From Camelus dromedarius (taxonomy: Eukaryota): a DNA stretch of 64,000 nucleotides. Shown here piece after piece: positions 55,076 to 64,000 of this stretch. The translations under genes were made by a program, and so were the position numbers. Position 1 is the stretch's first letter. Each line of letters opens with the position of its first letter. The DNA is taken from the NCBI RefSeq assembly GCF_036321535.1, contig NC_087437.1, positions 94,490,001 through 94,554,000 of the forward strand, given 5' to 3'. The notes beneath the pieces are model-generated. The model did not search any database. It worked only from the letters and a program-made list of their open reading frames with translations, and was not told the DNA's origin.

Positions 55076-58000
55076 CACAGTGTGCTACGCTGTGATTCGA
55101 TTTTATGTGTATTTATTGTTTAGTGATTTACAACATATAATTATTTTAAAAGATCAAGTAGAACAAATATTAGGGTAATAGTGTACTTCTATCTGGTTTT
55201 AGAGCCAGTATTTGCTTTCTGTTTTTTTGCTGGATTTAAATTCAAAATGAATTATAACGTTATTTAAAATCAACATTCATATTTATATTTTCTTATATAT
55301 ATATATCCATTATTTGCTATCATTTCTTGTATGGATATTAATGCCATTCAAACTTTTCTGGGCAATTAACCAGGTTAAAGTTAGATTCAAAAGATCAATA
55401 ATGCAATCAAAACTATGGAGTAAATCCTCGTTAAAATATCTGGTACGTATGCTTTATTATCTCAGTGTAATTGTGTTTCCAAGGCTTTTCCCTTGTTTTC
55501 CTTCACTGACACAAACGCATTGTAAAAATTCTTTGATTACATGTCACTTGGCATCGTGATGTGACCTTTGTTTACTTTTTGTTTATTTTCACGTGTTTGT
55601 AGGTGTTCAATAGGGTTAGAAATCTCACAATAGAAGTGTCGAGTCACTAGAGAGAAGAAATCCTTAAAGAAAAAAAAATACATTTCTTATTTTCTAGAGA
55701 CCATCACTCAGTTGAAGATGAGATTTTAATTAAGAGAGAAATTGCCAGGTGTACTCAGTTCCAAGGCTCTTCATCAGCCTTGGTGTGCTAGTGTAAGGTT
55801 TTATCTAATTGTTTAAGTAGATGGAAGTGAACCAGCAGACACCATTAGTGACAAGACCCTCGATGAAGAAACTCGTATGTGTAATCTAGCTGTAGAGCCC
55901 AGGACCATTCTGCTTTGATGTTGTGGCCTTTGTGATGGACCTGGTTTGAAAAATGCCATGTGTCACATGGTTCACCTAATTAAGTCATCAGAATGCATTG
56001 CAGCAAACCGAGTGCCTCATATGGGCTGGTGTAAGTAATTTTTGTGCCTCTATTGCTTGGTTAATAGAAAGACGCGCTGTTCTAGATGATGACTGATAGA
56101 GGCTATCTGGTACAGCTGTGGTAATTGTGCCTGCGGGTAGAGAGCCTTTTGTAAAAAATTCTCTATTTGCCAGGGACACTGTCATTACTTCATTCAACTA
56201 TTTTCTCCTAGATTGCCTAGCGAGAGTTCATTTATTCTTTCTCTTTACTTGTAGCTTTTTCCTGTCCACATGTCTTTGTTCCTTGTTGTATAATCAGACC
56301 CAGCCTCTGCCATGTTTTCACATGGGAGAATTGCTTTCACAATAATTTATTTTAATGATTCAATAATTAACAAATAAAATGGATATTTCTGACTATTAAA
56401 ATATAAAGAACATACAAATAATTCAACACAAAAGGTTGAATGCATGTGTCCCTTGCAAGTATAAAAACTCAGCTTTTTCCTAAAATGTAACCCACAGTGC
56501 AAATTTTGAATGACTTTTTATGTGACATAATTCTATATGCATATACATACATATATATGAAATAAAAATCACAATATACATATATGTATGTGCATGTACA
56601 TATACATATATACTATCTGTATTTCAATACATATATTTAAATACAGGTGTGTATATAAAACAATATTTGTGTTTATTAGTCTGAATTATAAATATAGGTC
56701 TGGTTAATACAGGCAGTATAGAGGTTAAGAAATAATTTTTACCTTCTAAAAAGTGATAGGAATTTTATCATGTTATGACATTTTTGCCTTCTACGTTAAT
56801 AGTCACTGTCTAAATTACTAAGCTACTGGGGTGATGTTTCCACAGAAGTAACTAAGTTATGTGTGCATGAAAATATTTCTATAAAAATATGTAATTTCTC
56901 ATTTTTCTATCTAAGTGGTCTTTAATATTTATTTTGCTGTTTTACCCTACATGGATTCATAGCTTGACATGGAATTCAATCAGAGGCATAAGCATGACAA
57001 AACTATCAGCTGGGAGCAGGGGCCCCACCACCCTATGTTGTTGATCTGTTCATGAGATGTCATTACTCACTGGATCATAGATTCTTCTTATAACCCTGTG
57101 ACTCTCATCTCTTCTATCGGGCATAATTTTCTCTTCTTGGATTTTTATTTTCTAATATGGTGAGCAAATTGTGGTTTTTAGGTAGTTGCAGAACAGGAAG
57201 TATTACTTCTCTTCAACAATTTATAGCTGATTTCACATTCTTTAAATAAACTGTGTGTCTCCAAACATAAGATGACAATAGTATCTCTATTATGTATCTC
57301 TGAGAAAAAATATAACTACCAATTAAGCCATGACATAGTCTTAAGGATAGGTCTGTGTGATGCATTGATCAGATCAAGCTCCTAATGCTTTGCAGTTTCT
57401 TTCATCCCTCCTGAAGGAGTAGACAATTTCTCTTGCATTTTGTTCAGTGGTGACAAACAATCCTTTTGAAATTTCTCAGGTAGCAGATGCTTTGTTATAC
57501 CTTTGTCTTCTTTTATTAAGTAACTTAATTTTTGCTTCATAAAGAATATAATTTTGTGACCATTTCTCCAACAATAGATGCTTCTTCAGCAATGTCAAAT
57601 CTATCATTGAATTTTTGTCTCTAAGCCTGAAATAACAGTAACATTTACTGACAATGTTTAATTACAGAGGAATCATGGAAGACATTTTAAATGATAATAA
57701 AACTCGTATATCCTCCGTAATGCATATAATTTAACTGAAATGACAACAATGTGAACAGTTATGACCAAGTAATCACATCACAGTCAATGACAATCATATC
57801 AAAATTGCTGTCTGACTCATAGCTATTGTAAAATGCCATCAACTGTGAAAATTCAGAGTCCAAATATGAAAAAAATGATTTTGAATTAATGAAATATGAT
57901 ATATGGGGGGAAATTGAGCCTGACGTAGTCCTTATGTTCCTCAAAGCTATTTTATGTCAAGGTACAAATATTCACCAGCTCTTCTTAATAGATTCTTATT

Positions 58001-58659
58001 TTAAAGCCACAAACTTGGTGAATGTAAAGAAAAAAAAATAGTATAATAAGAATACAAGTGTGATTAAAATTAATCCATTCACTGGCTCATTCTTTTTCCT
58101 TCCCGATGTATCTTTCTCAGGTTTAGAAGTCTACTCATCAGAAAACTAAGCCTATTCACTTGTGATCTTACTACCATCATGATAGTTGAAATTCCTAAGC
58201 AGTATGCACAGTGCTGAAATTATTGTATTTCTTTGCTAGACCAGCTGTGTCATTTCTTTCACAGAAGTTCCTAGGTAGAAAACAAAAATAGCTTTAGTAG
58301 ATACTGTGCTTTTTTTCCCCCCAAAGTTTGCAAGATTCTAAATAATGTCAATTCGATAATAAGAACTGGCTTTATAATACTTTACTTTCAGAAGTATACT
58401 CAAACTTGGTAATGTACAGAGAGTTGCTAAGTATGCACCAGTTAAACAGTGGATATTATAAAAATTGGCCAATACTAAATAAAAGATAATATTAGTCCTT
58501 AATCAACCTGTAATTAACTAATATGTTGATTATATTCGCTTAATTTGCCAGTGGAGTAAAACTTACTTCATTGAATCCTATTTTTAGCATCACCACCAAG
58601 GAACTTTTTTGGTAAAACTAAGTTTAGCTTTGTAAGAAAATGTCAGACCGTTCATGTGT

Positions 58660-59208
58660 CATATTGCTTCCCTCCTCCCCAGCAATGAATGATAGTCCAG
58701 TGCTGTTCCATTTCCTTGCCAGCATTTGATGTTGTCAATGTTCTGGATTTTAGCCATTCTAAGAGGTGTGTAGAGGTATCTGACTGTGCCTTTCATTGGC
58801 TATTCCCTAATGCCACATGATGTTGGACATCTTTTCATATGCTTATTTGCTATACATATCTCTTCTTCAGTGAGATGTCTGTTTATACATACATATCATA
58901 TCTCTTCTTCAGTGAGATGTCTGTTTAGATCTTTTGTTCACTTTTTAATCAGGTTGTTTGTCTCCTATTGTTGAATTTTGAGTGCTTTTTAATATTTTGG
59001 ATAACAGTCTTTTATCAGATGTGTCTTTTACAAATATTTGCTCCCAGTCTGTGGCTTATCTATTTTTCCCCCGGTGCTGTCTTTTACAGAGCAGAAGTTT
59101 TTAGTTTTAATAAAGTCCAATTTATCATTTTTCTTTCATGGATCATGCTTTTGATGTCATATCTAAAAACTCATTATCAAATCCAAAGTCACCTAGATTT
59201 TCTCCTAA
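58660..59208 (-). mobile_element. L1 (L1MA/MB-like) ORF2 3' fragment with an internal 31-bp tandem duplication
   Basis: ccttgccagcatttgatgttgtcaatgttctggattttagccattctaa..catcttttcatatgcttatttgc..gagcagaagtttttagttttaat. Confidence 0.8.
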
Positions 59209-59919
59209 GTGCTTTTAAATATGTAACATTATCCCACTTTACATGAGATAGTTTACTTTAAATATATAGTGGTCCCATCGTAATGTTTTCAGTGTAAAGA
59301 AATAATATTGGATTGAATATCTTCTGTAGCACTAATATATGAAATCAGAATCATATGTTAAAATGGTAATATTAGTATTACTTTTGTCAATGTAACCGTA
59401 AAATATTCTTTACTTTGCATATTAATTGGAAATGATAGTCTAACCACAAAATGATTTTTTTGTCATTTAAAAATATTAAATGGAGCTGAAAACATGACAA
59501 ATGAAAATAATTTTAAAAAGAAAGTCCAGAGACAATTTATGTGAAAAGGAAAGATAGTTGTTTCAGAAACGAGTGGTTTAGTGGCGAGAGGAGGACAAAT
59601 TCAGAAGTGTCATTTGGGTGGAACACGTGCGTGTGGGTCAGGAGTTGAATGTGTTCTGGATTCACACAGAAGCAGTTCCGCACAGTCTGGGAAGGTCTGG
59701 CAGTTGGTTTTTAATGAAAATGTAGATGGTTTCTTCAAGTTTAAACCATAAGGTCTAAAATTCATCTTTCTCTCAATTCACTTTCTGTTTGTATCATGCT
59801 GTCCCTTTAAAGATGAGATGCATTCTTTTTCCTTTTTCATTTTTGTAAGCATTTGTATCAAGTGAATGTAGGAATTAGCCATTTTAACAGATTGCTTTAT
59901 TTACAGTAAGTAAGCTGAG

Positions 59920-60148
59920 TGATATTAATCAAAAGCTTTGGCTTTAGTGTCAAACTTACTTGGATTTGTATGAAATACGTGAACTTGGGGAACTTGCAGA
60001 ATGGTTTTTGGTTTGTTTACTTGTTTTATTCATTTTTAAAAGGATACAATAATTAACTCATGGTTGTGGCTGTGAAGATTACATGGAGACTAAAATATTT
60101 CATATAATACCTCATCCATGGACGGCACTCAGTAAATATTAGCAGCCA
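59920..60148 (+). mobile_element. MIR SINE
   Basis: ggctttagtgtcaaac..gtgaacttggggaac..tcatggttgtggctgtgaagattacatg..ggcactcagtaaatattagc. Confidence 0.6.
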
Positions 60149-62714
60149 TTTGAAAAACATATATTACTAGTGAGTTTTCAGAATATGAAGGGGACAGATG
60201 ATATAGATCAGTGAAAGTTTATCAGGTAGTTTTTAGCACAGGTGGTGATGTCAATGACTGAAACCAAGAGAGTTTTTGGAAAAGAGAACTCCAGGTACAT
60301 GGAGGAATTAGAAAACAACGTGGCCTAAAAGAGATGGATTTTAATGTGGATAAGGTATGCGAGAATAATTAATTACTTTTTCAGAGTACTGAATCTTATG
60401 CCATGCCTTCAACCCAAAAGACTATTCAGTGTGTAATTTCAGATACAGTATTTAGCGAGTAGAAAATATTAACCAGTGTGAAGAAGTTATAACTTGCTGT
60501 GACAAACAAATGTGACATAATTTCATTACGACAAAAATCAAAGAAAAGAATGAAAATTTAACAGAATACATAAATATATGAATGTTAAGTCATAACTATG
60601 AGACAGTTTTACCGAAACAGCAAAATAATGCTTCAGGGCAAACAAGGAAAACATTACAATTGTGAATGTTTTTATTGATGCTCTGACATATTTTTAGACT
60701 AGAGTGTTGATTTTGTTATAATTATTACTAGATTGTTTTAGCATGATGAATATTATAAAGTTGTAATATGTCACCCAAATTTCTAGTTTTTGAAAGCATG
60801 CCATGAAACAAACAGAAGGATGCCCACAAGTTAACATTTATTTTCTTAAGTGTCTTGGTGATAGAAGAAATTTCATAATTTTGTAGTATTTTCATATTTT
60901 GTGAAGTATTTTACAGCAAGAAAACCATAGACATATACCACTTGTATTTGTATTTCTTTGCATTTCCTCTTTTAAGAAACACACAAAGACATAAAATATA
61001 TACTAATTGCAGAAAATAATTGAAAACTGCTAGTCTAAAGACATTAGGGAAGCACTTAATGAAACTTTGAAACGTTGACTAGAACTAGCCAAGGAAAACG
61101 TGAGTCAGTTGCTGTCTGACAGGAGGTGTATTTTTAGTTTTATTGTATCTGTTCTTCCGTTTATACCTGTTTATGTTTGTGCTGAGTCGTTGTGACTTTT
61201 GGAGGAGTTCAATTATTCACATAAATGTGATTCACTTTTTATGGTATATCATAATGCTCTTTAATTTTAATGCTTGGAAAATAAACTATAACTTACCAAG
61301 AATGGCATTTTTTAGTTTAATTTATTGTGTAGTAAACCCAAGTGGTCTAATTGATATAAAATTCACAGATCCACCAGTCTTAACTAAAATATTATTAATA
61401 GAAAGGAACAAAACATGGTGTTAGAGGATCTTTGATGTTTATATGCAATCTGACTGATAAAAGTAAATAATAAAATAGTAAAAGTAAAGATGACTACAAT
61501 AATTAGATTGATTGAATTACTACTGACAATTAAATTTTTATGACTATTAGTTACAAGAATTAGATAATAAATTAATAGTATGTTTTAGTTGAATAACCAC
61601 TAAAAAAGAAAGAAAAGTGAAACTTAAGGTAAAAGTATGACTAATAATTAGAACAGTTATTTAAAATACTAGAGTTGTCAAATTTCAATAAAGGCTGAAA
61701 AAAGTGTGTAGTGCACAAAACAGATAGTAACGTGGACAAACAATGTATCAAAATGCATGAATTATTTGGAAAGTTAGAATCAAAGGAATCAGTTTGACCA
61801 GTTCAGTTTAAATACAGAAAATGTTATGTTAAAATCATGAAACCTTCACCCTAGAAATGTCTGACACAGTCACAAATATAATTATTTTATATAAATGTAT
61901 TATATTACATCAGAAGCCAAGTCATGTGACAATAGAATGTATGAGACCTGATACAATGTAACCACCCTAAAAAATGAAGAAAGAAAAAGAAAAAGAGGCT
62001 TACATTTTTTTTTAGTACTTCTTCTATTTTAGCACTTCTTTTAGTACAAAAGATCTGTGGACACAGTGGAAACAAGCAACCATGCATCTCAGATCTCTCT
62101 GGATAGTCCTCATTTTGTGCTTAGTGTCCCTGCATAATACAATATATATTGCATTATATATAACGTTATATATATCATGTTACGTTTATATCTTCACTAT
62201 AAGTTAACCAAAAAAGTCAAATTCCATAGCATATTTGGATGTGTTCCTCTTTACCTGGTCTTTATATAGTAGAATTTGCTGTAAAGTAAGTGTTTAATTA
62301 TTATATCTTGGATTTTTTGATTGATTAAAAGAGATATTTTGGAAATTATTTATTGGAGATTTAAGGTAATTTTAATGAGGTAACTAAGATTATTTGGGTG
62401 GGTTTGCAGAAATAAAACATTAGAAATAAAAACTGAAAGCTAAATTTGATTGAATCTGTTGATAATCTATCATTTTCCTTTAAACTATCAATAATTTAAC
62501 GTTTATAATTTAATTAAATGACAGCTTTTTGGAATTTTTCCATGAAAATATTTGCATGAATAATTTATCTTCATTGTTGCAATGTTTAGCCATTGGCAAT
62601 TGAGGATACATTTTATAAACAAGCTTTAACAAATTAATAATAAATAGCATTAAAATCTGCAATATATCTAGTTTACTGTGTCTTTAATTTCTGATTAACA
62701 AATAATACATTTAT

Positions 62715-62890
62715 CATCCATGGGCACTGTTCACTGAGCACTCACTATTTGCTCTTCTTTGTACTGATTTCATTTAATTTTTGAAAGGTCTCTGTGAAAG
62801 AGAATTAATTCCATTTTAACAATTGGCAGAGCCAGGATTTAAACCCACCTTGGGTCGTCTGACTCCTGAATCCGCGATACTATTGCCCAC
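62715..62890 (-). mobile_element. MIR SINE fragment
   Basis: ggcagagccaggatttaaaccca..gtctgactcc. Confidence 0.55.
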
Positions 62891-63612
62891 CCCATGCCAG
62901 CCCACACTGCCATCTCCCTAGATGTAACGCAGGATCTTCCCTATCCTGTTTGATGTACGTAATTGTGGATTGGATAGGACATGGTCTACACAGTATATTA
63001 GAAAAGTTGAAAGGTGAATGACTCCCTGGACTAAATCCGTCTCTTTTCTGCCAGGAAAAAAAAAGTCACGTTTCAAGTTTTTAACTGAATTCTCTTGATT
63101 TGTATTTTTCTGGCTTAGAAACTTACTTTTGTATGACTAACTTTTACTCTTTTGTTTTATTACTTCTTCTTTAGCTTGACAATGGGTATTATAATTGAGA
63201 CTATAAAATATGCATGTCATAAAATACTTTATGATTAATTTAGGGTTGCATTTTATCATATCACAATGCTATTCTTTCCCTTTTGATACCATGTCATAAC
63301 TTACCTTCAATAAAAAAGATAGCATAGTTTCAGCTAAAATTTTATAAGTAGATAATAAATTTTCATTACATACAATTTTCATTACCTAATCATATATTTT
63401 CTTAGTCTTCTTTTAAATCCAACCATAGCAATGTTACTATATACAACAAGCAGCAGTAACTTAAAATTTCTAGAATTATATGTCGTGCATTTAGTTCAAT
63501 ATTTAAAATTATAGGTATTTCGTCTAATCAGAAAAGGGTTGTATTATGAGTGTATTATAAATACATATACTGACACATAAAATGATTTTTTATTGAATAT
63601 TCATAGTTAGTC

Positions 63613-63826
63613 TTTTTTTGTTGACGTATACTCAGTTACAATGTGTCAGTTTCTGGTGAGCAGCGTAATGTTTCAGTCATACATACACATACGTATATCC
63701 GTTTTTATACATTTTTCATTATAAGTTACACCCCCTTTCCCCTCGGTAACCATAAGATTGTTTACAATGTCTGTGAGTCTGTTTCTGTTTTGTAGCTGAG
63801 CTCATTAATGCCCTATTTATTCCTCT
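63613..63826 (-). mobile_element. Short L1 3' end with an internal deletion; TSD TTAGTCTTTTT
   Basis: Homologous to the copy at 4700-5030. Flanks duplicated at 63607-63617 and 63827-63837. Confidence 0.75.
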
Positions 63827-63908
63827 TTAGTCTTTTTGAGGTATTGCATTATTTCTAAAAAAGATTTTTAATGTTCAATATATGCTATTTGGCTGTTTCT
63901 ATAAATCA

Positions 63909-64000
63909 TTTTCTTTTTTTTAACATTTTTTATTGATTTATAATCATTTTACAATGTTGTGTCAAATTCCAGTGTTCAGCACAATTTTTCAGTTATTCAT
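63909..64000 (-). mobile_element. L1 3' end, running off the window edge
   Basis: Poly-T plus ttttattgatttataatcattttacaatgttgtgtcaaattccagtg. Confidence 0.75.

Noticed and set aside
61470..61680. AT-rich region with recurring atgacta/aattaga words, possibly an array
   Set aside because: Units are irregular in length and sequence. Low-complexity DNA, not a CRISPR-like or satellite array.
941..62087. All supplied 60-120 aa ORFs as protein-coding genes
   Set aside because: They are short and low-complexity or biased to F/L/I/K as expected from AT-rich DNA, with no recognisable domains. Those with familiar motifs (4964-5194, 13520-13999, 34890-35093, 58786-59246) are decayed L1 sequence.
1..64000. 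Promoter/CpG island, second ROBO1 exon, or foreign (microbial/viral) insert
   Set aside because: CpG-depleted throughout, no further ROBO1-like coding sequence recognised, and no long ORFs or compositional breaks.

Overview
AT-rich, CpG-poor mammalian genomic DNA, most likely camelid, judged from a tRNA-Ala(AGC)-derived SINE of the Vic-1 type and cetartiodactyl-style L1 3' ends. The window lies inside ROBO1 on the + strand. The only coding exon I can support is 48653-48791 (139 nt), which carries the start codon and signal peptide of the long ROBO1a isoform ([29 protein letters not shown], phase-1 donor). The rest is giant-intron sequence with L1, L2, MIR, MLT1, ERVL-LTR, MER2B, MER8, MER3, MER5A and MER20 relics and microsatellites. 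Repeat family names come from my memory of consensus sequences, and most repeat boundaries are approximate. None of the supplied ORFs looks like a real gene, and I found no novel multi-gene system. The best oddities are: an overlapping out-of-frame uORF with two competing AUGs around the ROBO1a start; RBFOX motifs just downstream of that exon; a ~510-bp composite of ancient repeats inserted with a target duplication inside an L1; two 5'-inverted (twin-primed) L1s; and a short locally templated insertion inside an MLT1 LTR.
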